From Phycisphaeraceae bacterium (GTDB lineage Bacteria; Planctomycetota; Phycisphaerae; Phycisphaerales; Phycisphaeraceae): DNA of 64,000 nt. Shown here in pieces: positions 36,111-45,509 of this stretch. Position 1 is the stretch's first letter. The number at the start of each line of letters is the position of its first letter. The notes beneath the pieces were generated by a model, which had not been told where the DNA came from, searched no databases, and saw only the letters and a program-made list of their open reading frames with translations. The stretch is from positions 15,308 through 79,307 of the forward strand of contig JBMZAP010000001.1 of assembly GCA_049611445.1 (NCBI GenBank). The letters run 5' to 3'. The position numbers and the translations under genes are program-made.

Positions 36111-37448
36111 TTGAATCACAGGCCGACCTCGGCTGAAAGGACAAACGCGTTGATCGCACCCGTATTGCCAGAGAACGAAGAAGAGCGTCTCGCCTCGCTG
36201 CATGCCCTGGAGCTGCTCGACAGCCCACAGGAGGAGCGTTTCGATCGGATCGTGACGCTGACCAAGGCGGTGATGAATGTTCCGATCGCCTATATCGCGC
36301 TGATCGATTCGGACCGGCAATGGTTTAAGGCCAAGGTGGGTCTCTGTGACACGGTGACCCAGACATCCCGAGACGAGTCGTTCTGCGGGCATGCGATCCT
36401 GCAGGACCAGCCCTTGATTGTTGAAGACGCGCTGAAGGACCCTCGTTTTTTTGATAACCCGATGGTGACCAGCGAGCCTTTCGTGCGCTTTTATGCAGGC
36501 CACCCTCTGAAGAGCCAAGCAGGTCACAACATCGCGACATTGTGTGTCGTGGATACACAACCGCGAACATTCACTGAAGATGATATGACCAAGTTTCATC
36601 ATCTTGCCGCGATGGCGGAGCGCGAGCTAAGCATGCTTGGCGTCATCGCAACCCAGCGTGACATGATCGAAACGCGCAACGCCTTGGTCGCCTCGCAGCA
36701 GGCACTGGCACGTGAACTCTCTGAGGCGGCGGACTATGTCTATCAGTTCCTGCCTCAGCGCGAGGTTGGCATCGACGAGTCGGTGCACATTGATTACCAG
36801 TTCATCGCGTCGTCACGTCTGGGCGGGGACCTGCTTGGTTACCACGATATCGACGATGATCATCAGGCTTTCTGGCTGCTTGATGTCACAGGCCACGGTG
36901 TGGGGGCGTCGCTGCTGTCTGTCTCGGCGGGTAATGCGATCCGCTCGGGCCAGCTCAACGCTGACCCACGTGACCCCGCGGCGCTGATCGCGACACTCAA
37001 TAATGCGTTTCCCATGGACCGCAACAACGATAAGTTCTTCACCATCTGGTACGGCGTGTATCAGCATTCGACGCACACGCTGACTTATGCCACGGCTGGC
37101 CATCACCCCGCGGTCCTGATCGATCGGCAAGGCAGTCGTGAAAGCCTGGGGATGCCGGGCCTGATGATCGGCGTGATCCCGGACAACGTGTACACCGCCG
37201 AGTCCATCAAAGTCGAGGCTGGCTCACGCCTGTACCTCTTTTCGGACGGCCTGTACGAAGTCCGGGGCGGGGAAGAGGACAAGTTGCTTGGCCTGGACGG
37301 CATTGGCGACATCATTCAGACCGCCAATTGCGGGGACTGCTCCAAGACCCGCCTCGAGCAGATGCTTGCACTGGTGAAGGCTTACCGCCATGGCGAAGAG
37401 GCGTTCAGCGATGATGTTTCGTTGCTGGAAGTCGAATTCGTGAAGTAA
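36111..37448 (+). CDS. GAF-domain PP2C (SpoIIE-type) phosphatase
   Basis: ENEEERLASLHALELLDSPQEERFDRIV plus FCGHAILQDQPLIVEDALKDPRF (GAF), then PP2C motifs GGDLLGYH, LDVTGHGVGASLLS, FSDGLYE. TTG start, uncertain. Confidence 0.85.
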   Translation: MNHRPTSAERTNALIAPVLPENEEERLASLHALELLDSPQEERFDRIVTLTKAVMNVPIAYIALIDSDRQWFKAKVGLCDTVTQTSRDESFCGHAILQDQPLIVEDALKDPRFFDNPMVTSEPFVRFYAGHPLKSQAGHNIATLCVVDTQPRTFTEDDMTKFHHLAAMAERELSMLGVIATQRDMIETRNALVASQQALARELSEAADYVYQFLPQREVGIDESVHIDYQFIASSRLGGDLLGYHDIDDDHQAFWLLDVTGHGVGASLLSVSAGNAIRSGQLNADPRDPAALIATLNNAFPMDRNNDKFFTIWYGVYQHSTHTLTYATAGHHPAVLIDRQGSRESLGMPGLMIGVIPDNVYTAESIKVEAGSRLYLFSDGLYEVRGGEEDKLLGLDGIGDIIQTANCGDCSKTRLEQMLALVKAYRHGEEAFSDDVSLLEVEFVK

Positions 37449-37451
37449 GCC

Positions 37452-38045
37452 CTAGAGCCCGTTGATAAACGACTCAATCCCACTGAGGACCATCTGGACG
37501 GCGATCACGGTAAGCAGCAGACCGGTGAGGCGTTCTGTCGCGATGACCAGACGCCTGCCGAGCAGCTTGAGGATTGATGCGGAGCACAGCAGGACGCTGG
37601 TCGCCAAAGCCCAGGCCACACCGACCCCGATCAGGCCCTCAACGAACCAGTTTTCATTCGTGCCGTGAATCAGGATGACGGTCGCAATCGCGCTGGGCCC
37701 CGCGATCAGCGGCGTCGCGATTGGGACGATCAAGGGCTCGCCCTCGATCTTTTTTTCTGCGCCCATGCCCCCTTCCGAGGGAAACAGCATTTTCAGCGCG
37801 ATCAGGAACAGAACGACGCCCCCGGCAACACTCAGCGAGGGCTGCCCCAGGCCCAGCAGACGCATCAGCTGTGGCCCGGCGACGAGGAACAGCAGGAGCA
37901 GGAAAAGCGCGATGAGGCATTCGCGCAGGATGACTTTTCGCCGCCGATCGGGCGAAACCTGATCCAGCAGGCCCAACAGGATCGGCACATTGCCGAAGGG
38001 GTCCATGACCAGGAACAGTGTGATAGCGAGTGTCAGCCAATTCAT
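37452..38045 (-). CDS. MarC-family (UPF0056) integral membrane protein
   Basis: Trimmed to ATG 38045 (MNWLTLAITLFLVMDPFGNVPILL). Internal PLIAGPSAIATVIL motif. Six hydrophobic segments. Confidence 0.85.
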   Translation of the reverse strand: MNWLTLAITLFLVMDPFGNVPILLGLLDQVSPDRRRKVILRECLIALFLLLLFLVAGPQLMRLLGLGQPSLSVAGGVVLFLIALKMLFPSEGGMGAEKKIEGEPLIVPIATPLIAGPSAIATVILIHGTNENWFVEGLIGVGVAWALATSVLLCSASILKLLGRRLVIATERLTGLLLTVIAVQMVLSGIESFINGL

Positions 38046-38065
38046 TGGCCCGGTACGATACCAAG

Positions 38066-38281
38066 ATGCCCAACGACGAAAACCGCCTGACCGTGATTGA
38101 AGAGAAGCTTGCGCATCTTGAAAAGTACGTCGGCGACCTCGACGAAGTGGTTCAGGACCTCGCTGCCCGTCTGGCGGCACAGAAGGACGGGGTTTCGGCA
38201 GTGCGGAAGATGCTCGAGGACCATCTCAGCGAGCCGGAGGGCCCCACCGATTTAGCCGACGAAAAGCCGCCGCACTGGTAA
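38066..38281 (+). CDS. slyX: SlyX-family small coiled-coil protein
   Basis: Trimmed to ATG 38066. RLTVIEEKLAHLEKYVGDLDEVVQDLAARL is the SlyX pattern. Confidence 0.65.
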   Translation: MPNDENRLTVIEEKLAHLEKYVGDLDEVVQDLAARLAAQKDGVSAVRKMLEDHLSEPEGPTDLADEKPPHW

Positions 38282-38340
38282 CACCACGGCAAGGCGGCGG
38301 TCCTTATTTTGGCATTTCATGTTCGATTGACAGGAGCGAT

Positions 38341-39768
38341 ATGACAACCCGACTTTTTAAGCTACTTGCGCTGATGTGCCTGTTGTGTGTCAGTACGCTG
38401 ACAACACATGCCGCGGAAAAGCAGCCGCCCAATGTTCTGCTGATCTCGATCGACGATCTCAATGACTGGATTGGCTGCATCGGCGGGCACCCGCAGGCGT
38501 TGACGCCGAACATGGATGCGTTAGCCAAGCGAGGCGTGCTGTTCACCAACGCGCACTGCCAGTCGCCGGTGTGCAACCCCTCGCGCGCGAGCATGATGAG
38601 CTCGCTGTACCCCGAGACGACGGGCGTCTACTTCCTTAACCCCGACCTCTCCCAGTCGCCGGCGACAAAGGGGAGTACGCTGCTGCCCGAACGCTTTGTG
38701 CAGGAGGGCTACCACTTCACCGCGGCCGGCAAGCTCATGCATGGTGGGCAGAACCAGAAGTACCTGCCCAACTACGGCGGGTCGTTCGGGGGGTTCGGGC
38801 CCAGGCCCAAGAATAAGATCTGCCCCTACCCCGGCCACCCGCTCTGGGACTGGGGTATCTACCCGGACAAGGACGAGCTGATGCCTGACCATCAGATCGC
38901 GTCCTGGGGCATCGAACGGCTCAAGCAGAAGCACGACAAGCCGCTATTCCTCGGCGTCGGGTTCTACCGCCCGCACGTCCCGCAGTTCGCCCCCAAGAAG
39001 TGGTTCGACAAATTCCCGATCGACGAGGTCCAGTTGCCGGTGACGGCGAAGAACGACCTCGACGACCTCTCGCCCTACGCGATCAACCTCACTCGGCTCA
39101 AGCATGTCGCGCCGACGCACGAGTGGGTGCTGGAGCAAGACCAGTGGAAGCCGCTGGTGCAGTCTTACCTGGCCTGTGTGAACTTTGTTGATGCGCAGGT
39201 CGGGCGTGTGCTTAAGGCGCTGGACGAGAGCGAATACAAGGACAACACGATCGTCGTGCTCTACTCCGACCACGGCTTTGAGTTGGGCGAGAAGGAGCGC
39301 TGGGCCAAGCGCAGCTTGTGGGAGAACAGTACGCGTGTCCCAATGATCATCGTTGGCCCGGGGATCGAAGGCGGCCGTGTCTGCAACAGGCCGGTGGAGT
39401 TGATTGATATTTACCCAACGTTGTTGGACCTGACGGGGCAGAAGGCCGACCCGAACCATGAGGGCCAGTCACTGGTGCCGCTGCTCAAAGACGTCAAGGC
39501 TGACTGGCCTCACCCCGCCCGCACGAGCTTTGGCCCGGGTAACGTTGCGATTGCGACCGATGGCTACCGCTACATCCGCTATCACGATGACACAGAAGAG
39601 TTCTATGACCACGCAAAAGACCCGCATGAGCTGACGAACGTGATCAGTGAGGCGGCGTACAAGTCTAAGATTGAGGCGCATCGTGCGCACCTGCCGGCAA
39701 GCTACCACCCCATCCTGGGCAAGGGCTCGACCGGGCACAAGGCGTTTGAAGCAAGCATGCCCAAGTGA
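38341..39768 (+). CDS. formylglycine-dependent sulfatase (secreted)
   Basis: Signal peptide. PNVLLISIDDLNDW. C-x-P-S-R motif CNPSR at nt 38572-38586. YSDHGFELGEKERWAKRSLWE. Confidence 0.9.
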   Translation: MTTRLFKLLALMCLLCVSTLTTHAAEKQPPNVLLISIDDLNDWIGCIGGHPQALTPNMDALAKRGVLFTNAHCQSPVCNPSRASMMSSLYPETTGVYFLNPDLSQSPATKGSTLLPERFVQEGYHFTAAGKLMHGGQNQKYLPNYGGSFGGFGPRPKNKICPYPGHPLWDWGIYPDKDELMPDHQIASWGIERLKQKHDKPLFLGVGFYRPHVPQFAPKKWFDKFPIDEVQLPVTAKNDLDDLSPYAINLTRLKHVAPTHEWVLEQDQWKPLVQSYLACVNFVDAQVGRVLKALDESEYKDNTIVVLYSDHGFELGEKERWAKRSLWENSTRVPMIIVGPGIEGGRVCNRPVELIDIYPTLLDLTGQKADPNHEGQSLVPLLKDVKADWPHPARTSFGPGNVAIATDGYRYIRYHDDTEEFYDHAKDPHELTNVISEAAYKSKIEAHRAHLPASYHPILGKGSTGHKAFEASMPK

Positions 39769-39790
39769 GGCAACCAAGGGAGATTTCCTG

Positions 39791-41158
39791 ATGCACAACA
39801 CTACGACAGCACTTTCGCGCAGAGCTTTTTTGGCGGCAAGTTCAGCGGCCAGTCTTGCGATGCTATCGCCCCACGTCTATGCCGCAGAGCCGGCCGATCA
39901 CAGGCTGCGGATCGGCGCGGTCGGCGTCGGCGGGCGTGGCGGATCGAACCTCAACGGTGTCCGCTCGCAACACATCGTCGCCCTCTGCGACACGAATCCA
40001 GGCGCACTCGAGGCAGCGAAGAAGAAATACACCGATGCGAAGGGCTACTCGGACTGGCGCGAGATGCTGACGCGTGACGACCTTGACGCGGTGCTCGTCA
40101 GCACGGCCGACCACCACCACGCCTCGATTGCGGTCACCGCGATGCGTAAGGGCATGCATGTTTACTGCGAGAAGCCGCTTGGTCACACGCCATGGGAAGC
40201 GCGTCTGATGCAGGATGTTTACAAGGCGCGGCAGGACAAGATCGCGACGCAGATGGGGACGCAAATCCATGCGACGGACAACTACCGCAGGGTGGTTGAG
40301 CTTGTTCAGGCCGGGGCTGTTGGGGCCATTAAAGAGGCTCACGTGTGGTGCAGCCGATCGATCGGTGCGATTGGTCAGGTCACTTTGCCCGAGGAACCTG
40401 TGCCTGCAGGCTTTGACTGGCAAGCCTGGCTTGGTCCCGCACCCGACAGGCCCTACAACACCGGTTACTGGAAAGGCGGCAACCTCAACTGGAACCGCCG
40501 ATGGGACTTTGGCAACGGGGTGCTGGGCGACATGGGCAGCCACCTGATCGACCTGGCTTACTGGGCATTGGCATTAGACCGGCCCACGAGTGTGCAGTCC
40601 GAGGGTCCCGAGCCAGACGACCACCAGTGCCCGCCTTGGCAGGTCGTGACCTGGGAGCATCCCAAGCGTGGCGAGGGCGCGCATCAGTCGCCTTGCAAGG
40701 TTGTCTGGTACCACGGGCCCGAGGGCATGAAGCGCCGCGCGGAAGTCCTCCAGCCGATGGTTGGCCAGGACACACAGATCGGCAAGTGGGGTATCGGGGT
40801 GACGTTCGTTGGGGACAAGGGTGTGCTCACTGCCGACTATGGCAAGCGCGTGCTGAGCCCTTCTGCTGATTTCAAAGACTTCAAGGCTCCAGAACAAACG
40901 ATCGCCAAGTCCGCTGGGCACTACAACGAGTGGCTCGCCGCATGCAAAGGCGAGGACAAGGCTGCGACGCTGTGCAACTTCGACTACTCCGGCAAACTCA
41001 TCGAGCACAATCTCTTGGGTATTGCCGCACATCGCCATGGCGGGAAGTTGAAGTGGGACGCCGATCAATTCACCTTCGACAACAAGGACGCCAACCAGTA
41101 CCTCACCAAGACCTATCGTGAAGGCTGGGAACTCAAGCCCGAAGCCAATCAAGGCTAA
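39791..41158 (+). CDS. Gfo/Idh/MocA-family oxidoreductase with a TAT signal
   Basis: Trimmed to ATG 39791. TAT-like LSRRAFLAASSAASLA. Rossmann IGAVGVGGRGGSN. DAVLVSTADHHHA. EKPL motif. Confidence 0.9.
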   Translation: MHNTTTALSRRAFLAASSAASLAMLSPHVYAAEPADHRLRIGAVGVGGRGGSNLNGVRSQHIVALCDTNPGALEAAKKKYTDAKGYSDWREMLTRDDLDAVLVSTADHHHASIAVTAMRKGMHVYCEKPLGHTPWEARLMQDVYKARQDKIATQMGTQIHATDNYRRVVELVQAGAVGAIKEAHVWCSRSIGAIGQVTLPEEPVPAGFDWQAWLGPAPDRPYNTGYWKGGNLNWNRRWDFGNGVLGDMGSHLIDLAYWALALDRPTSVQSEGPEPDDHQCPPWQVVTWEHPKRGEGAHQSPCKVVWYHGPEGMKRRAEVLQPMVGQDTQIGKWGIGVTFVGDKGVLTADYGKRVLSPSADFKDFKAPEQTIAKSAGHYNEWLAACKGEDKAATLCNFDYSGKLIEHNLLGIAAHRHGGKLKWDADQFTFDNKDANQYLTKTYREGWELKPEANQG

Positions 41159-41173
41159 ACAAGGAGCCAACCC

Positions 41174-41968
41174 ATGAACGACCAGGACAGCACACCGACG
41201 AATCAGAACATCACCCGGCGGGGTTTGATCGGGGCTGGGCTTGGGACGATCGCGCTCGCCAGCACTGCAACGACTGCTCGTGCTGAACACCACGGCGATA
41301 AGGACAAGCAGCCGGAAACACCGCGTGCTTTTATTGACGGCACGGGGCCGGGCTTTGTTGAATTGGGTGAGAAAGACTTCGCCAAGGTCAACTCCGCGGA
41401 TGACACCTGGTCCTGGAAGGATGGCGTGCTTTATTGCACAGGTAAGCCGCTCAGCGTCATGCGCACCGCGAAGATGTATACCAATGTCGAGGTCAGCATC
41501 GAGTGGAACCACCGCGAGAAAGGCGGCAACTCCGGACTGTTTGTCTGGTCCGACAAGGAAGTGATCGACAAGATGACAAAGTCCGGCAAGCCGGGCCTGC
41601 CCAGTGGCATCGAGGTGCAGATGCTTGATTTGGGCTACGAAGAGAAGTTCAAGAAGCAGTTCCCAAACCGGGACAGCGGTTGGTTCACTTCGCACGGCGA
41701 CGTTTTCCCCGTGCGGCAGAAGATGAAGCCTTTCCCCCCGCTGTCGCCCAACGGCTCACGCAGCTTCCCCAGCGAAGACCGGGTCAAACCCCACAACAAC
41801 TGGAACCACTACTACGTCCGTGCGATTAATGGCGAGGTCCGCCTCTGGGTCAACGGCAAGGAAGTCTCAGGCGGGACGAACTGCTCAACAACGACAGGCT
41901 ACCTCTGTCTTGAAGCAGAGGGTTCGCCGATTGAGTTTCGTAATATCCGATTCCGCGAGTTGCCGTGA
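41174..41968 (+). CDS. DUF1080 (3-keto-disaccharide hydrolase-like) protein with a TAT signal
   Basis: ITRRGLIGAGLG signal. WSWKDGVLYCTG, NSGLFVWS, WNHYYVRAINGEVRLWVNGKEV and GYLCLEAEGSPIEFRNIRFREL are typical of the DUF1080 concanavalin-like fold. Confidence 0.85.
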   Translation: MNDQDSTPTNQNITRRGLIGAGLGTIALASTATTARAEHHGDKDKQPETPRAFIDGTGPGFVELGEKDFAKVNSADDTWSWKDGVLYCTGKPLSVMRTAKMYTNVEVSIEWNHREKGGNSGLFVWSDKEVIDKMTKSGKPGLPSGIEVQMLDLGYEEKFKKQFPNRDSGWFTSHGDVFPVRQKMKPFPPLSPNGSRSFPSEDRVKPHNNWNHYYVRAINGEVRLWVNGKEVSGGTNCSTTTGYLCLEAEGSPIEFRNIRFRELP

Positions 41969-41977
41969 CGCAGGGCG

Positions 41978-42868
41978 TTAAGGCTGAGCTTCCCAGGTGG
42001 GCGTCCACTTGAGTTCGTAAAGCTCTCGAGTAAGGATCGTCTCGGCGTGACCATCCATAAACGACACGTTGGTGTTCTTGTCGTGATGGTTGGTCAGGAA
42101 ATCGGTCATCATGCCATAAGGCCTGCCCCACGAAGGCTGAGAAGTGGGGGAAGGGAGCTCGCCATAGAGCTCTTCAGCGGGTTTGGGGTTGTTTTCTCGT
42201 GGCCAGCCGTCGACCCAGCTTGAATCGCTGAAGACATTGCGCTCACTCGGCGCGGAGATATTCGACATGATGTCGGGCCAACCGCCTTCTCCGAAGTAGG
42301 GGTTGCCGGTGCCGCCGGCATGTCTTACGCCGCCGGGGCCGCCGTCCGGACCGGATTGGATGGTCCCCTGGTTGTCGCCGAGCCGGGTATACAGATAGCC
42401 GTTGTAACCGTAGCTGCCTTGTGAGACGTTTGGTCTGGTATCAAAAAACCATGATCGATTTGGATCGTGCACAACCCAGCTGTTGCCCGCATCTTTCCAT
42501 GCTCGGGCACCCTGACCTTCAGCTTCAGGGCAGATATAGATCGGGCTTTCGACGTAGCGGATGTCGCCGATGATCCGTGTCGCGTTCCCATCGATGTACT
42601 CTTCGATCATGTGCGTCCAGAGGTGGCGCTCTCGAGTTCCGTTCGTGATGGTCTGGTACTCGGGAAGTACGCCGTTGCGGTCCGTGGTGAGCGAATAGAT
42701 CCCCGTCGCGTTCTGCCGCACGTTGGATAGGCACATCGATGTCCTTGTCGATTTTCGGGCGGCGCCGAGCGCGGGCAGCAGCAGCGCGATCAACAGCGCG
42801 ATGATGGAGATAACGACCAAGAGCTCGATGAGCGTGAAAGCTTTTCGGGACATTTGTGAGGTACCCAT
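41978..42868 (-). CDS. DUF1559 protein with a prepilin-type N-terminal cleavage/methylation signal
   Basis: [32 protein letters not shown] at the N-terminus. C-terminal [16 protein letters not shown] (H-X9-DG motif). Start at 42868 or 42853. Confidence 0.9.
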   Translation of the reverse strand: MGTSQMSRKAFTLIELLVVISIIALLIALLLPALGAARKSTRTSMCLSNVRQNATGIYSLTTDRNGVLPEYQTITNGTRERHLWTHMIEEYIDGNATRIIGDIRYVESPIYICPEAEGQGARAWKDAGNSWVVHDPNRSWFFDTRPNVSQGSYGYNGYLYTRLGDNQGTIQSGPDGGPGGVRHAGGTGNPYFGEGGWPDIMSNISAPSERNVFSDSSWVDGWPRENNPKPAEELYGELPSPTSQPSWGRPYGMMTDFLTNHHDKNTNVSFMDGHAETILTRELYELKWTPTWEAQP

Positions 42869-42925
42869 TTCTTTGATGCTTGAGTGCAGATAGACTGATC
42901 GGTGAGGCGCGTTGTTTGAAGCGGC

Positions 42926-43726
42926 TTAAGGCGGGTAGACCCATTCCTGGTGCCAGGTGAGATCCCACAACCTTTCGAGCCCCATTGACTCGGCGTGCCC
43001 GTCGACGAACCCGACGTTCTGTGTCAGCTTGTGACGGTCGATGACATATCGCTTCATCATCGACCCGGGCATGGTGCTCAGGTCGGTGAAGTCGGTGGGT
43101 TTGGGGTTGGTTGCGGCGGGCCAGCCATCGACCCAGGTCGCATCGAGGAAGATGGGCATTTTTGTCGTGTCGGCAACATTCTCAACGAAGTTGGGCCAGC
43201 GCTGTGGTTGTGAACCCGGGCCGTAGCCGAAAGGCCGGCGTTGATCACCTTTACTTGAGTAGAGGTAGCCGTTGATGCCGTAGCTGCCGCCGTAGATCCC
43301 GCCGCTGGGATTGTTGTTGTAGGCGTGGTACCAGGGCTGGTCGGGCTCACTGGCAAAGATGCCCCCGCCAAGCGCTTCAACCTGCTGGTCGCTGCGGTCC
43401 TGAGGCGCATCGGGGCAGAAGGTCTGTTCGTAGTACGCGATGGGGACCCCGCCACTGGTCTTTCGTGGCGACTCGCCGACGTATTCACGGATGGTTGCGG
43501 TCCAGAGGATGTCGCGCTGCAGGTCGCTGTAACGCATGAACTCGCCGTTGTTATCCACGGCGTAGTTGTAGTAACCCTGTGCCAGGGTGCGGACCTTGGC
43601 CAGGCACTCGGTCGTCCGTGCTTCTCGTCGCGCGGCACCAAGTGCAGGCAACAGGATCGCAATCAACAACGCGATGATGGAAATCACCACCAACAACTCG
43701 ATCAATGTGAAAGCTCGACGTAGCAT
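42926..43726 (-). CDS. DUF1559 protein with a prepilin-type N-terminal signal (paralog)
   Basis: Trimmed to ATG 43726 ([34 protein letters not shown]). C-terminal [17 protein letters not shown]. Confidence 0.9.
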   Translation of the reverse strand: MLRRAFTLIELLVVISIIALLIAILLPALGAARREARTTECLAKVRTLAQGYYNYAVDNNGEFMRYSDLQRDILWTATIREYVGESPRKTSGGVPIAYYEQTFCPDAPQDRSDQQVEALGGGIFASEPDQPWYHAYNNNPSGGIYGGSYGINGYLYSSKGDQRRPFGYGPGSQPQRWPNFVENVADTTKMPIFLDATWVDGWPAATNPKPTDFTDLSTMPGSMMKRYVIDRHKLTQNVGFVDGHAESMGLERLWDLTWHQEWVYPP

Positions 43727-43826
43727 CAGGGTCTCGAATGAGATAAACGAATCAAGCAAGCGCCGAACGGCCGCAAACCTAGATTCTACCCGACCAAGCC
43801 TGATTTTCCAAAACAACTTCTGTTTT

Positions 43827-45494
43827 TTAGCCAAGCGGCGTACAGAACCAACCACTCTCTCGGCCGAGGGAGACCTGCTGCAGCAGGTGCAGTTTGATCT
43901 GGCCGGCCAGCTTGCCGACGACCTGAGTGGTCTGATCGGCTCGGTCGGTGAGCAGGTGCAGCATGGGCTGGGTGTCGACAAAGTCGTGGTCACGCTGGGT
44001 GAGCGCGATCAGCTCGAGGTGGTCGTTGACCCAGTGCCCCGCTTCGATCAGTTGCATGACAGAGCGGTTGAAGTCCGCATCGGCCTGCGAAAGGATATGG
44101 ACGGTGCCCAGTGCATCAACGGCGAGTTGGGTATTGGGCTGATCGGGGATACGCGCTTCCAGCGGGACGGGGTTGTCCAGCGCGGCGGGCCCTTGCGCGA
44201 GTAGCGCGATGAGGTCCAGCTCTGGCTGGGGCGTGAGCACGCGCGGCGCCGGGGCGGGTCGCATCGGTGTTCCGACGTTGGCGGTTGTCGCAGGAGCCGG
44301 CTGTGCTGCTGGTTGCGGTGCGGGTTTGGCTTTAGGCGGGGCTTGTCGAAAGCGCGGCGCTGGTTCTGGACGCGAGGCCGCGGGCCTTGCCTTTGGTGCT
44401 GGCGGGAGCTTTGGCACTTTCGCCTTGGGCGGCGCGGGCGTCGGTTCGAGCGCGGGCTGTGGGGGTGGCGCCGGCTCGGGCGTGGGCAATGGCTCGGGGA
44501 CTTCCAGCGAATCAAAGAACGACACCAGCTTGGGCCAGAGCGCGACCGGGTCGGGGAAGCTGCCCAGATCGCGGACCTGCACCGGCTGCATACGACGCAG
44601 ATGACCAACCAGCTCAATCGGGTTGATCAGGTCGTCATACAACTCGTTACCAATGCGTTTGACGGCTTGTGCGGCGGCATCATCGTCGCTGCCCATGATC
44701 ATGACGCCGACGTTGCGGTCGGCCAGGCGCGGGTCGTTGTGCACCGCTGTTCGGAGCGATCGGCTTGCCGCGGCGATCGAAGCGTCGTCGCTGCCGCAGA
44801 GTATTGTCCAGTCGTCCACGGCCGCGAGTCGCGAGAGGGTCTGCGCGTCTGCGAAACTGTCAAAGCGGATGAGGATCGTACGGGCCGGGGTGCTGTCACT
44901 TCGGACAAGCGCATCGATCAGCCCGACGAGCCCGGTACGCCCGTTGCGCATGGGGGGGATACGCACGGTCGTTGCGGGTTGGCTTGGCGCAGGTTGTGCC
45001 TCGGCGCGCGGCTCGACCAGTTCGAGGTCGATCGCTTCCTCGCCGACATGCAGCAGTACAACGGGCCCTTCACTTTGTGCCAGCAGTTGTGCGTACTGTG
45101 TGAGCCATGGGCCGGACATCCCCGGCAGGTTGCCCATCAATACCGCTTCGAGCACCGCACGCGGCGCGGGTTCGTCGGTCACGCGAGGCGTGTCGGATTC
45201 CTCCTCCGTCACTGGATCCATTTCAACCAGTGTTGGGCCGACACCGAGTTCCTCAGCTTCGTCCTCGGTCAGCCGGAGCACGGGGTGGCTGTCGCCGAAT
45301 TCGTGGGCAGGCGGTTCGTCTGCGGGCGGGCTGGTGAGTGCGTCGCCATCACCGGTATGCCCATCACCGACTTTGGGTGAGAGCTTGATCGGCGCGGGGC
45401 CCTCGACCAGGCTGTCTTGTGTCGGGTCGGTCAGGTACAGTTCGGCCAGTTCATCGATCTGTTGCCGGCTGGTGGTGTCATCCATGACGGTCAC
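43827..45494 (-). CDS. hypothetical acidic/proline-rich protein, putative partner of the upstream ParA-like ATPase
   Basis: 555-aa ORF starting 15 nt after the ParA-like stop. Acidic N-terminus, a central alpha/beta-looking region without a Walker A ([39 protein letters not shown]), an ~80-aa P/A/K tract, and a globular C-terminus. No family recognised. Confidence 0.6.
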   Translation of the reverse strand: MTVMDDTTSRQQIDELAELYLTDPTQDSLVEGPAPIKLSPKVGDGHTGDGDALTSPPADEPPAHEFGDSHPVLRLTEDEAEELGVGPTLVEMDPVTEEESDTPRVTDEPAPRAVLEAVLMGNLPGMSGPWLTQYAQLLAQSEGPVVLLHVGEEAIDLELVEPRAEAQPAPSQPATTVRIPPMRNGRTGLVGLIDALVRSDSTPARTILIRFDSFADAQTLSRLAAVDDWTILCGSDDASIAAASRSLRTAVHNDPRLADRNVGVMIMGSDDDAAAQAVKRIGNELYDDLINPIELVGHLRRMQPVQVRDLGSFPDPVALWPKLVSFFDSLEVPEPLPTPEPAPPPQPALEPTPAPPKAKVPKLPPAPKARPAASRPEPAPRFRQAPPKAKPAPQPAAQPAPATTANVGTPMRPAPAPRVLTPQPELDLIALLAQGPAALDNPVPLEARIPDQPNTQLAVDALGTVHILSQADADFNRSVMQLIEAGHWVNDHLELIALTQRDHDFVDTQPMLHLLTDRADQTTQVVGKLAGQIKLHLLQQVSLGRESGWFCTPLG

Positions 45495-45509
45495 TGTTGA
45501 GTTGTTGGT

